Positions 19,395 through 29,210 of a DNA stretch of 64,000 bases are shown here, piece by piece (within the stretch, counting starts at the first letter, position 1; every line of letters begins with the position of its first letter). Position numbers and translations under genes: made by a program. Below the pieces are notes generated by a model. It ran no database searches. It was not told where the DNA came from and worked only from the letters and a program-made list of their open reading frames with translations. The stretch is taken from the sequence record NC_042098.1; one strand, written 5' to 3'.

Positions 19395-19790
19395 ATGAAT
19401 GTTTGGACTATCCAGATCGCTCGATGGAAACTGGCTAAAGAGCGTAACATTGCTTTTCTTGATACCACTGTTAAATCTGCAAAAGAGTATGCCTTTCTGG
19501 CCCCGACCTGGAAAATGGTCATGGATCATAAACAAGGCAGTCTCTCAGATGCAGACTACACGCAACTTTACTATGAGTTGTTACGTGCTCGCTATCGTGA
19601 GAACCGACAACCTTTTTTAAAGCTGTTTCATGACTTTACTGACCAGGATATTGCCGTGGCGTGCTTTTGCACTCCCGGTCATTTTTGTCACCGTCATTTG
19701 CTTGTAGATATTCTACGCGCTATAGCCGTTAGTGAACATATACCGTTTTGCTACAAAGGTGAACTTACTTTAGGAGAACACGTCACATGA
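19395..19790 (+). CDS. DUF488-like protein
   Basis: WTIQIA...DTTVKS...FLAPTW...Y...Y...L...ACFCTPGHFCHRHLL matches the DUF488-type CxC...CHR pattern. Confidence 0.6.
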   Translation: MNVWTIQIARWKLAKERNIAFLDTTVKSAKEYAFLAPTWKMVMDHKQGSLSDADYTQLYYELLRARYRENRQPFLKLFHDFTDQDIAVACFCTPGHFCHRHLLVDILRAIAVSEHIPFCYKGELTLGEHVT

Positions 19791-20173
19791 GCGACATCAA
19801 TCAGGCGTACACACGACTACAGGGATCAACGGACTTACCCACGGGTGAATTGATTAACCCACCGAAAGGGTGCCCGGGGATTACCGCACAGGTCGTCTTA
19901 CGTCTGTTTCACAAAGTCAATGGATTGATCATTTACACGGAAGAGGTTCCAATCACTGTATTGAACATGCGGTGTTGCGAGATCTCAATGTACATGTTTA
20001 TGAACCCGGTACTGGAGCATACTGCCGCTCCGTTAACACCCAGTCTTTATATGGTTGGTAATAACGTGTTCTTAGACGTGGAAGTGCAGCTTGATCGTAT
20101 GGCCCTTTCCTCCGGGGATGTCGGTCGTTATTGTCAGGCGATGTTTTACCAGCAGTCCCTCAAGAGTAACTGA
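19787..20173 (+). CDS. Hypothetical protein (128 aa)
   Basis: RBS AGGAGA; ATGA overlap with the previous gene. Confidence 0.7.
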   Translation: MSDINQAYTRLQGSTDLPTGELINPPKGCPGITAQVVLRLFHKVNGLIIYTEEVPITVLNMRCCEISMYMFMNPVLEHTAAPLTPSLYMVGNNVFLDVEVQLDRMALSSGDVGRYCQAMFYQQSLKSN

Positions 20174-20237
20174 ATTCAAATAAATTCAGGACTATATCAC
20201 TTACGTGAGTAATAATAAGATAAAAAGGTTTTGAGCT

Positions 20238-20678
20238 ATGAGTGTAGCAGGTTCTATCTTAGCCTGGATCAATAATCAAATTGATCGGTTTGCCGACAGT
20301 CAGGAAGCCCAAGTCTGGACCGCCATTATTGTGCTGTTCTTTCTGTGCTTGCTTGTTAGTGAATTGCGCACTGTGCGACAAACCGAAAAGTTTGAAAATG
20401 GCTTACGTTTATTAATTGGGAAATACAATCTTTATTCACCAGAGGATGTCGAATCACTTAATCAACGCGGTTATGATTTGTTTGAGCTGTATGTTGAAAG
20501 CTTGACAGAATGTAACATCCCGGTCTATGACCGTGAGCGAGAAGAAGAGGAGTTTATGAAAGGCTTCTTCCACGGTTATGTGATCGGAAGACGTGTTATG
20601 GCCAAAGTGCATCCTGACCCAAGAGTTGTGGAGTGCTTTGAGAAAAAGTTTTACAAGTATCTCGGCGATATTCGTTAA
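20238..20678 (+). CDS. Hypothetical membrane protein (146 aa)
   Basis: One hydrophobic helix (VWTAIIVLFFLCLLV); preceded by TATATCAC at 20193-20200. Confidence 0.65.
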   Translation: MSVAGSILAWINNQIDRFADSQEAQVWTAIIVLFFLCLLVSELRTVRQTEKFENGLRLLIGKYNLYSPEDVESLNQRGYDLFELYVESLTECNIPVYDREREEEEFMKGFFHGYVIGRRVMAKVHPDPRVVECFEKKFYKYLGDIR

Positions 20679-20680
20679 AC

Positions 20681-20728
20681 CGGCATAAAGGCTAGCATTC
20701 CCCAACGGGAATGCTAGCCTGCTTATGC
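20681..20728. terminator. Bidirectional hairpin terminator flanked by GCATAA / TTATGC
   Basis: AGGCTAGCATTCCC-AAC-GGGAATGCTAGCCT between convergent genes. Confidence 0.8.
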
Positions 20729-20738
20729 TGCTTTTTTT

Positions 20739-21614
20739 TTATCGAGTCGGAGTGACTTGATTGTTACGGGCGTCTTCAACATCCTGCGCGTAACCGGCTT
20801 TGATAGCCTGGACGTCAGCAGTGATCTGCTTCATGCGATCTGGCAGGTCCTGCGTGTACGGGTTGGCATTCAGAGGTGCGGTGTCTTTCAGGATCTTCGC
20901 AGCCAAGTTGTCCACAGCAAGGTTCATGATGAACGTGCCGGTAAACTCGATGCTGTGTACCCAGTCCGCTGCGCCTTGTGATTTATCAAAGCGAGACTCA
21001 CGGGTACCTGAAGATTTCGGACGCATGTTCACGCCGAGGTAGGCGTTGATCACTTCCAGGCCCGTTGGGTCAGATTCCACATACAGACAGATCATGGAGA
21101 TCATATCCGGCAGCAGATCTGTCGGTGGGTTTGGATAAGTCATGATCAGTGGACGCTTAACGTCAGGGTCCATGATGAACAGACGAATCCACCACTCGAA
21201 CAACGTACCGTGCGGGAAGCCGTATTTTTCACCGATCTCATGTACTGGGACCGGCTGCTGTTGGGTGACGTTACCTGGGTCGTGCTGTTCAGCACCGGCA
21301 CCGCCGGCAGGCTGAGTGAAGTCATCAACAGTCAGTGCACGCTGGAAGCCCGTAATGGTACGGGTGTGTTTTTCCATCACTGTCTTGATGTGACCGTGCC
21401 ACAATTCAGGGTGATCCAGGTAACGAATAGCACCTGGCGTTTCGAGAACGAAACAGCGCAGTTGCTGCTGGCGGAAGCCGGCGTTATCAACGTAACGTGC
21501 GAGGTTGGCGTTGAAGCCAAAGTAACCGCCCGTGAGGGCGTTTACCATGGTTGCGTTCGTGAACGCTGCCGGACCGACGCCAGACTGGGCGACGCTATCA
21601 GTAAAACGTGGCAT
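20739..21614 (-). CDS. Tail tube protein (phiKZ gp30-like)
   Basis: 291 aa, immediately downstream of the sheath gene; beta-rich; biased codons. Confidence 0.78.
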   Translation of the reverse strand: MPRFTDSVAQSGVGPAAFTNATMVNALTGGYFGFNANLARYVDNAGFRQQQLRCFVLETPGAIRYLDHPELWHGHIKTVMEKHTRTITGFQRALTVDDFTQPAGGAGAEQHDPGNVTQQQPVPVHEIGEKYGFPHGTLFEWWIRLFIMDPDVKRPLIMTYPNPPTDLLPDMISMICLYVESDPTGLEVINAYLGVNMRPKSSGTRESRFDKSQGAADWVHSIEFTGTFIMNLAVDNLAAKILKDTAPLNANPYTQDLPDRMKQITADVQAIKAGYAQDVEDARNNQVTPTR

Positions 21615-21615
21615 A

Positions 21616-23703
21616 TTACACTAAGTCCTCTTGGTTACGTGAGACGACCGTGAAGCTGCCGATGTACATGCCTTTATTGAAGGCAGCACTTACCTCACAG
21701 GAGTAGCGAACACGGCTGTTCTGGTCAGCGATGGTCCGGAACGAGTTCACGCTAATAACTACGCGGTTGTCGTAACGGTCTTTCGTCAGGTTTTCCAGAA
21801 TGCGGTTGAGTTCAGACAACGTCTGTGCGGTGGTGCGACGGGTATCGGTACCGAGCATGCGATAAGCGATCTGACACTGCTTCTCGATGTCCACACAAAT
21901 GGTCAGCGCGATTTCATCACGCAGCACAGAGGATTCGGTATCGTACACGGTCTGCACATGCGGAACGTACGCCTGACGACGGTTGTACGTCTGTGCGTAG
22001 TTCAGGCCCAGGCCCCACTCGGTATTGCGTACTTCGTTTGGTTCCCAAAGCGCGTCCATGTTTTTCATGAGCTGCACTTTGTTGTTTTCTGCTGCATCAT
22101 ACGCGAACGCATTCTTCAGCACGCCGTCACCGCTACCCGCATACCGTGCACGCTTGTAGGCGTGGTCCAGCAGGTGTGGATAGAAGTCATCGCTGTCTTC
22201 AGACGCCAGTTGACCTGACTGCATGAAGAACACCGCACGGCAGGTTGAGGTACCGTACAGAGATGACTCTGGGAACAGCATGGCGTAAGAACGCAGCGAT
22301 GCAGCCATGGAACGTTGCTCCAGGCTTGACAGACGGCTACCGCCAGCGATGTAGGTGCCCACGTAGACAGTGATGTCTTTGCGTTTACCCAGCAGGCTGA
22401 TCAGTGACTTCTTGGTTTCCAGGCTGTAGCCCGCATCCCAGTAAGCCGATACCGGATAACGTGCGTCATCCAGCATTTCAATCCCTTCCAGACCACCGTA
22501 GTTATCGAACTGCTGTTTACACAGCGCGTCGTATACGGACGTTGGGGTGATCGCTTTGCCATTGGCATCAACACCAGACAGCTTACCGTCAGTGCCGCCT
22601 TCTGCGTAGTAGATCGCGGTGTCATTGAGGTTCACACCGCCATCTGCTGTACCTTGCAGACGGAACGCGTAGTACGGTTGCCCGTAGAAGTCTACGCCGC
22701 CAATCAGGTTGATCTGATGTGCTGCATTGGTGCCTTCAGCCAAACCGGGGTTCAGCGGCTGCTCCAGTGCATAGATCTGATTCAGGACCTGGTCGAGGTT
22801 GTCATGATAGACAAACAGGTTGTCCATCGGGCCTGGCATCGGGGTGGTGCCATCATCGCCGCTGTTTGCGTAATCTTTAATACGCAGCTGCAGACCGTAC
22901 TTGGTGTCAGTTGAGGTATCAACCACATCGCGACGGAAAGCAAAGTTGATCGCAGAAGCACGATCCTGGGTCAGCTTCACCACGGCAGTAGACTGCGCGT
23001 TCGGACGCTCGTAGAAACGCAGGCGATAGAGCTGGCTCAACTGGTCAACAGCAACATTGACATTCAGCGGATCAGAACTCTTCGCGCTAGGTGCCCACAG
23101 CGACACGCCGACGTTGTTACCGAAAGCCCCTGGTGATGGCACTTCCAGATCGAGGAGGGGATAGAAGTCAGACTGAGTGCCGCTACCGGACATCAGCTGG
23201 CCTTTCTTCTTCTCACCGGCACCGATTGCTCGGGTTACATCACGGTTGATCACCAGACGACCCAACATACCGTTGGTGGTAGTGTCAGCTTCGACGTAAG
23301 CGCCATTTTCATCTTTGACAGCATTGCCGTCTTCATCGCGCTCGTAATCTTTGATGACGTCCGCTACCAGCTCAATCCCCAGAGTGAACATAGCAGGCTT
23401 AACGGCATCCGCTGGGACCACACGCTGAACGATCAGGGTGTTTGCTGCCTGTGCAAAGATGTTCGCAAAGGCAGAGCCCATGGTGAAGAACTTTGACAGG
23501 TGGTTAAAAGTTGCAGAACCATACAGGGTGGTCAGTAACGTCGGGTCGATTAACTGCGGGTCAAGCGAACCACGCTCTGCCAATAAGTAGACATGCGGAA
23601 GGTGCTGGGGATACACCTCGGGCACGGCTACCGGTGCCAGTACGGACTCGTCCCGAATACCATTCAGGATGAACCGCGGTGCACCGTTGGAGATATTTGA
23701 CAT
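21616..23703 (-). CDS. Tail sheath protein (phiKZ gp29-like)
   Basis: Starts MSNISNGAPRFILNGIRDES...PQHLPHVYLLAERG; C-terminal YWDAGYSLETKK and DRYDNRVVI. RBS GAAGGAGA supports the ATG at 23703. Confidence 0.85.
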   Translation of the reverse strand: MSNISNGAPRFILNGIRDESVLAPVAVPEVYPQHLPHVYLLAERGSLDPQLIDPTLLTTLYGSATFNHLSKFFTMGSAFANIFAQAANTLIVQRVVPADAVKPAMFTLGIELVADVIKDYERDEDGNAVKDENGAYVEADTTTNGMLGRLVINRDVTRAIGAGEKKKGQLMSGSGTQSDFYPLLDLEVPSPGAFGNNVGVSLWAPSAKSSDPLNVNVAVDQLSQLYRLRFYERPNAQSTAVVKLTQDRASAINFAFRRDVVDTSTDTKYGLQLRIKDYANSGDDGTTPMPGPMDNLFVYHDNLDQVLNQIYALEQPLNPGLAEGTNAAHQINLIGGVDFYGQPYYAFRLQGTADGGVNLNDTAIYYAEGGTDGKLSGVDANGKAITPTSVYDALCKQQFDNYGGLEGIEMLDDARYPVSAYWDAGYSLETKKSLISLLGKRKDITVYVGTYIAGGSRLSSLEQRSMAASLRSYAMLFPESSLYGTSTCRAVFFMQSGQLASEDSDDFYPHLLDHAYKRARYAGSGDGVLKNAFAYDAAENNKVQLMKNMDALWEPNEVRNTEWGLGLNYAQTYNRRQAYVPHVQTVYDTESSVLRDEIALTICVDIEKQCQIAYRMLGTDTRRTTAQTLSELNRILENLTKDRYDNRVVISVNSFRTIADQNSRVRYSCEVSAAFNKGMYIGSFTVVSRNQEDLV

Positions 23704-23905
23704 TTCTGTCTCCTTCACTATCGATAGTTGTTTGTTTGTCACTTGGGTGAAACTTAAGCTTGCCTTAATTAAGGGCTACCACATACGTCCTGATTACCCG
23801 GGAGTAGAAAGTAAATGGTATGGTTCACTATTAGCTTTAACCCTAGCAGTGCCATAGAATAAAGTGTTATTCTTAACATATTTGCCTATAGAGGGTTTTC
23901 TCCTT

Positions 23906-24868
23906 ATGTTTAAGTCCCCTTATGATACCACCACGGCACGCTGGACGCCGGGTCTGGAAGGTATCCGAAAAGAATTGCGGGTAGCAAAAATCGAACGACG
24001 TTTAACATCCGCATCCACGCCGCTTCCAGTGAGTGACCCTCTAGGCGCCTCTCCTTCTCCTAGCGATAAGCTGTGGTATGTCGTGTCAGGTGTGCCTGGA
24101 AACGAACGCATTCCACCGTTTATGCATCCACTGGAATTTACCGATACGTTGGGTCGCACCAACATGGCCATTGATTTGCGCTCCGCTATCGGCATGGCGC
24201 CGGACGGTCGTACTCTGGTTGTGCGTAACCGCAATGGTCAACTCGATGCTGAACAACTGATCATCCGTCTGAAGGCAACCGCCTACTGGATGTTGGAAAG
24301 CAGTGGTCCTCGTGACCTGATGAACTTAAGTGGTGTCCCGATGCGTATCTTTGCTCGCTGGATCACTGAGAACATCTCCCGTCGGGTTGGTCTGGATTAC
24401 GATGCGGTTCCCCGTTATCTGGTTTACGCCTCCTGGTACTACTTCTGCCTGTTCTTTAATAAAGAGCAGATGAGCGATGACCTGCGCCTGATTGCCATCA
24501 ACAAGATCGCCACTCAAGGCGGGCTACGTCGTGACATCGTGGCAGACGTGTTGCAGGATGTCGGTTACGTCGGCAGCATCAGTGAGTTCTGTGAAACGGC
24601 ACAAGCGGTCGTTGGTGCAGATCAGCTCAGCCTGGTTGACGTGAAGACGTTGATCACCTTGGCCGGTAATGCCTGGTTTGGTCAGAATGCCAAAGAAGGT
24701 GGTGGGGTTGCCCTCGAGTATCCACCGCTGTTCCTGTCCATGCTCTACGGGGCGATGGGGAACAAGGCGTATCGCAACACCGCCATCGGTACCATTGCCG
24801 ATCGCAAAGATTACCAACGAGACGGCGCCGTGTTCACGCGAGCCTTCGTAGGAACGATTAACGATTAA
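23906..24868 (+). CDS. Virion structural protein (phiKZ gp28-like by synteny)
   Basis: MFKSPYDTT start, divergent from the sheath gene. Confidence 0.6.
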   Translation: MFKSPYDTTTARWTPGLEGIRKELRVAKIERRLTSASTPLPVSDPLGASPSPSDKLWYVVSGVPGNERIPPFMHPLEFTDTLGRTNMAIDLRSAIGMAPDGRTLVVRNRNGQLDAEQLIIRLKATAYWMLESSGPRDLMNLSGVPMRIFARWITENISRRVGLDYDAVPRYLVYASWYYFCLFFNKEQMSDDLRLIAINKIATQGGLRRDIVADVLQDVGYVGSISEFCETAQAVVGADQLSLVDVKTLITLAGNAWFGQNAKEGGGVALEYPPLFLSMLYGAMGNKAYRNTAIGTIADRKDYQRDGAVFTRAFVGTIND

Positions 24869-24879
24869 GCGGGGTGTGT

Positions 24880-27432
24880 ATGACAAGTCCGTTAGTGGAA
24901 AATGCGATTGAATACGCATGGGCTAACCCACAAGCGGATAGACAACACGTTCTACGACTGGCAAGGGTGTCACGTGATGTCGGGGCTATGAACCACACCA
25001 GGGTCATGCGCATCGACATTCCCTTGCCAACACGAGAAGAAGTCTATCACGTTTTTCAGATCGGACAGAACCACCCTTGGGAGTGGAACTTTGGTGAGCG
25101 CTACGTCACCCCGATCCCTTTTGAAACTTGGGTTCCGTTAACCGAGTTGAACGAAAAGCAGTTGCTGGTCAGTAACGTTTACATGGACAACGGCGTACAG
25201 TTTCCGAATGCGGGCGTCTATGTACGCTTGCGCTATGATCATAACATCATTGTCGCAATCAAACCATTCGCAAATATGACCGTCCCGCGTAACGTGCAAG
25301 TCTACCTCCGGGTGTACTCTAACGCCTACCTGGAAGACGCGGTATTGGGTGATGATGCAATCCAAAACTTTGGTGGTGTCATGACCGATGCGACTAAAGT
25401 CCTCGATTGGCAGAACCGCTATCTGGCCTTAAAGCAGGCGCCGGGCTTAGCACAGGCTTTTGTTAATGGGGTGCTGGTTGACGATTTCCCACCGGGCAGT
25501 TACCGGGCGCGTGATTGGGTCGATGTGCGTTACGACGCTACCGTGCGTAAAGTGGTGGACCTCAACATCAGTGACTTGCCTTCTTTTATGTCGACGCAGG
25601 ACAAGAAGCGTAAGTACATTGTGCATCCGCCGCGCGGCAGTGATGACTTCGATGTAATCTACCATGATGACATTGACTTCTGGTTAATCGGCCCAGACGG
25701 CAAAGGGATCTACTTCCACCGTAACTTACCTGATGCGGTTCGTATGCTGACCCATCGTGATTATGCGCTGACCGTTGCCTATGTCTCAAATGCCATTGTC
25801 AATTTCCCGGCCTGGGAAGATGTCTCAAAACTGAAGCTGCGGGCGGTAATGCGTCGGGGTGGTCGTGAGAATACATTGGTGCATGAAGCCCATCGTTTAC
25901 GGGAAATGTACAAGTTACCCGACTCGGTGATCCTGCAAGCCTTCCAGGGTATCGATTCTACGCTCCCAGAGTGGTCTGCAGACGGTTTAGAGCAATCTTG
26001 GTACAATGTACTGCTTGGAACGCCTTATCCCTTCCTGGGCATTCCTGTGGTGCGTGACGCCTATGGTTACAATGCCATGACCAAAGTGATGGCAACCACC
26101 CCGATGGCAACCGCGACAACTGGCCTGGGACAGGTCGCTACCCTAGCGCCGTCGTTACGGGAGAACGCCACGGTCTACGAGTATGACAAGGATGGGTTAT
26201 ACCTCGGCAGTCAATACTGGTCAGCCGGTGCGCGTTACATTGCCAAACATGCCAACTGTGCGTTGATCGAACCGCGTAGCGGGAAAGCCAGCAAGTCCTT
26301 AAGTTATGTACTGGGTAATGACATGGTGCCGTTGAAGAAAGCTTACGGCTACCGGCTATACCAAGCGCATTGGACGGGCGGTGTGGTGGATGAAACCACC
26401 TGGGTTGATGTGACCGATGATGCCACGATCGCGAAGGTGGACAATGGGGTGGTGAGTTGGTTGCATAACCCGGTCCGACGTGTGGGGTTGGTGTTGTTCA
26501 ATGACATCTTCCTGGGGTATGACTTCACCCTGAACTACGCCGACAAGTCGTTGTCCTTTGCAGTGACCCATACATGGCCAACCGGCGGATTACTCTCACC
26601 CTTCCCGTTGGGGCAGATTGAACTGATCATGAATCAGCGCTCGCTGATCCCTGGGTTGGATTACTTCGGTAAGTTCCCGCGCTTTGTGGTGGTGAACAAA
26701 GAGTACATCAATCAGGACGGTGCACAGAACTTTACCTTGCGCTGTACCGGTTATCCTCAGAAAGACCTGACGCCACAGCCGGTAAACGAAGGTGGCTGGA
26801 TGATCTTTAATCAGATCTCGGCCAACGACGTCTATAACCTGCGTGATGACCGAACGGTGCGGTGTATTCTGCGCGGGCGGGTAGTACCTAAAGAGACGTT
26901 GGTGTTTACTGAAGACCTGATGGCACGTGCGGTACCAGCCGCCAGTAATGGCGATCCGTATCACATCAGCAACGTCATGGCGTCTGTGCGGGAAGTCAAC
27001 GACTACGAGACCTATCCGTTGCGGGATGCCTCGGTGGATCTGGATAAGCGTCTGTCAGCTTATCTGACCGCACATCGCCCACAACCTGATCTGGGTAACC
27101 CGGCACCGATCGCTGACAAGTATGTCCTGTACTCGCCGTTCTTGTGCAAGCTTATCAATGACATCCGTTTGAAGGTACTGGTTATTGGCAACGGCTGGCA
27201 ATCTGATCAGAACCTGGACAAGATCATCACACCGTATAAATGGTGGTTAGATTTTGACCCGGCGATCAAAGATGAGATGGACTGGACGTATATTGAAGTG
27301 CATCCGCATAACGAGGTGAATCCGATTGCGGTCACGGCAGTTGAGTACGCCTTCCTGAACCGGGTCATTGCACTGTATCTGAGTAGCCGTGTTCAGTTGT
27401 CTGGACATCTGACGATTAAGCAGGATACCTAA
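24880..27432 (+). CDS. Virion structural / baseplate-associated protein (phiKZ gp27-like by synteny)
   Basis: ~850 aa; conserved position between sheath and terminase. Confidence 0.6.
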   Translation: MTSPLVENAIEYAWANPQADRQHVLRLARVSRDVGAMNHTRVMRIDIPLPTREEVYHVFQIGQNHPWEWNFGERYVTPIPFETWVPLTELNEKQLLVSNVYMDNGVQFPNAGVYVRLRYDHNIIVAIKPFANMTVPRNVQVYLRVYSNAYLEDAVLGDDAIQNFGGVMTDATKVLDWQNRYLALKQAPGLAQAFVNGVLVDDFPPGSYRARDWVDVRYDATVRKVVDLNISDLPSFMSTQDKKRKYIVHPPRGSDDFDVIYHDDIDFWLIGPDGKGIYFHRNLPDAVRMLTHRDYALTVAYVSNAIVNFPAWEDVSKLKLRAVMRRGGRENTLVHEAHRLREMYKLPDSVILQAFQGIDSTLPEWSADGLEQSWYNVLLGTPYPFLGIPVVRDAYGYNAMTKVMATTPMATATTGLGQVATLAPSLRENATVYEYDKDGLYLGSQYWSAGARYIAKHANCALIEPRSGKASKSLSYVLGNDMVPLKKAYGYRLYQAHWTGGVVDETTWVDVTDDATIAKVDNGVVSWLHNPVRRVGLVLFNDIFLGYDFTLNYADKSLSFAVTHTWPTGGLLSPFPLGQIELIMNQRSLIPGLDYFGKFPRFVVVNKEYINQDGAQNFTLRCTGYPQKDLTPQPVNEGGWMIFNQISANDVYNLRDDRTVRCILRGRVVPKETLVFTEDLMARAVPAASNGDPYHISNVMASVREVNDYETYPLRDASVDLDKRLSAYLTAHRPQPDLGNPAPIADKYVLYSPFLCKLINDIRLKVLVIGNGWQSDQNLDKIITPYKWWLDFDPAIKDEMDWTYIEVHPHNEVNPIAVTAVEYAFLNRVIALYLSSRVQLSGHLTIKQDT

Positions 27433-27434
27433 TA

Positions 27435-29153
27435 ATGAATGATTTATCAAAGCTGTTTTCTAACTCACCGGTCAGTGCGGTCGTCACAGCACCGACGGTG
27501 CGGACTGAAGCGGATAAGTGGGCGGTCTGGAATCGGGATGTGATCTACGTCCCGGGCGTCCCGGTTACTGCCACCAAGAACTACATTGTACCAAAGCCCG
27601 ATGATTTGATCTGGGACAAGGCACAAGGCTGGTTCTATGTGTCGCACGTTGACCTGGAAGGTGATCTGACTTCTACCCTCGAGCCATGGTCACCAGCGAT
27701 GACAGAAGGCGGTGACACGGATGACTTGGTGGTGCTGGGTAATATCTCCCGACTGACCTCTGAGTTCATCATCTGCGCCATTGACTATTCACAAATGCCA
27801 CCGACCATGATCGTGGATGACCGTATCCAGATTAATGGGTCGAAAGCCAAGTACGCGAAAGTGTTCCTGGGAACCGACATCGGGAAAACGGGTCAGGTTG
27901 TCAGTTGCATGTATGACAGCTCCGGGAATGTGGTCAGTGAGAATATCCCGTTGGAGTTGATGGCACTGCCGGGGATGATCAACAAAACCATTCGTCGGCC
28001 TGCAGTAGCGAACTGCACAACCACGATCCCCGATGGCGAACTGCTCTCCTTGGTGGTGTACGATGATCAAGGGGGTTGGATTCCACCGGTGTACCGTATG
28101 GTAGCGCAGAACTCTGCGTTTGTGCGTCAAGCTGAATCAGGTCAGAAGTACGTCAAGGGTATTCAGTTACTCTCGCCGTTTGCTTCGAGCAGCAACCCGT
28201 CGCTGTTAGAGATCCCGGTGAATGTCAATGGTCTGGCATCGGTCGAGATGCGTGGACGGGTCTGGTACAGTGACAACACCTACAAAGATCTGTCGGTCGA
28301 CGGAACCAAGATGGTGTTGAACGGTGCACGGGAATACATCCCAACCATCGTGGGCCAACGGGCGAATGTAACCCTGACCTATTTCCTCTCCAGTGATGAA
28401 GCAGCAATCTCTGCCAACCCGGGTGAGATCACCCATGCGGACGAGACCTACGACATCACCACCGTGGATGCGGTTGGGGCTTACTCACCGAAGCTGTACG
28501 GTTATCCGGTCTGGGACAATGCAACCAGCACCTATCGTTTGACCTGGTGGTTGTACAACCTCGATCGTCAGATTGCGTATGAAGTCACCAACAAAGTGGA
28601 TCTGGCGGTGAACAGCCCAGCCTTTGATCCGGCATTGTATGGGACGGTGCAGCATCTGAAAGCCGCCGTGACCTTGTCACAGGTCGACAGTCGCTTTAAA
28701 GCCTATCGTCATGTACAGGCGATCGACATCACCCTGTATCAAGCCGCAACGCTGAATGGTACGGCGTGGACGGTTGGGTTTGATCCCGGTCAAACGCCAC
28801 AGTTCGGTCCAGGTCTGAAAGCCACCATCAAATCGATGGCTGCCAACAATCGCCGGATGCGGATTGATGCCGGTATTGCGACATACGCCGACTGGTTAGA
28901 TCAGCTGTACTACAACATCCGACCGCTGCGTGCTGTAAACTCAGAGACCAAAGCCCCTGAGCCTACACACTTTATTCTCTACATTGATGACACCCATGAA
29001 TACCGCTTCCCGATTGCCAACTGGAACCAAGACCTTCCGGTCGACGTGAACGTAGACAACGGTCAGTCTGTATTCGTGAAGTGGATCAAAGCGGACTCAG
29101 GTAACACTGAGCTGCAACTGGGTATCTCTTCCCTGGTAGCGAAGACAGCTTAA
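27435..29153 (+). CDS. Virion structural / baseplate-associated protein (phiKZ gp26-like by synteny)
   Basis: 572 aa beta-rich ORF directly before the terminase. Confidence 0.6.
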   Translation: MNDLSKLFSNSPVSAVVTAPTVRTEADKWAVWNRDVIYVPGVPVTATKNYIVPKPDDLIWDKAQGWFYVSHVDLEGDLTSTLEPWSPAMTEGGDTDDLVVLGNISRLTSEFIICAIDYSQMPPTMIVDDRIQINGSKAKYAKVFLGTDIGKTGQVVSCMYDSSGNVVSENIPLELMALPGMINKTIRRPAVANCTTTIPDGELLSLVVYDDQGGWIPPVYRMVAQNSAFVRQAESGQKYVKGIQLLSPFASSSNPSLLEIPVNVNGLASVEMRGRVWYSDNTYKDLSVDGTKMVLNGAREYIPTIVGQRANVTLTYFLSSDEAAISANPGEITHADETYDITTVDAVGAYSPKLYGYPVWDNATSTYRLTWWLYNLDRQIAYEVTNKVDLAVNSPAFDPALYGTVQHLKAAVTLSQVDSRFKAYRHVQAIDITLYQAATLNGTAWTVGFDPGQTPQFGPGLKATIKSMAANNRRMRIDAGIATYADWLDQLYYNIRPLRAVNSETKAPEPTHFILYIDDTHEYRFPIANWNQDLPVDVNVDNGQSVFVKWIKADSGNTELQLGISSLVAKTA

Positions 29154-29164
29154 CTGTAACACAT

Positions 29165-29208
29165 CAGGCCGGTGGGGGTGGCCTCACTGGTCTGGTTTCA
29201 CTTATGCG
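29165..29208 (+). terminator. Hairpin plus TTATGC between the structural gene and terminase
   Basis: CAGGCCGGTGGGG-GTGG-CCTCACTGGTCTG, then TTATGCGG. Confidence 0.5.
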
Positions 29209-29210
29209 GA

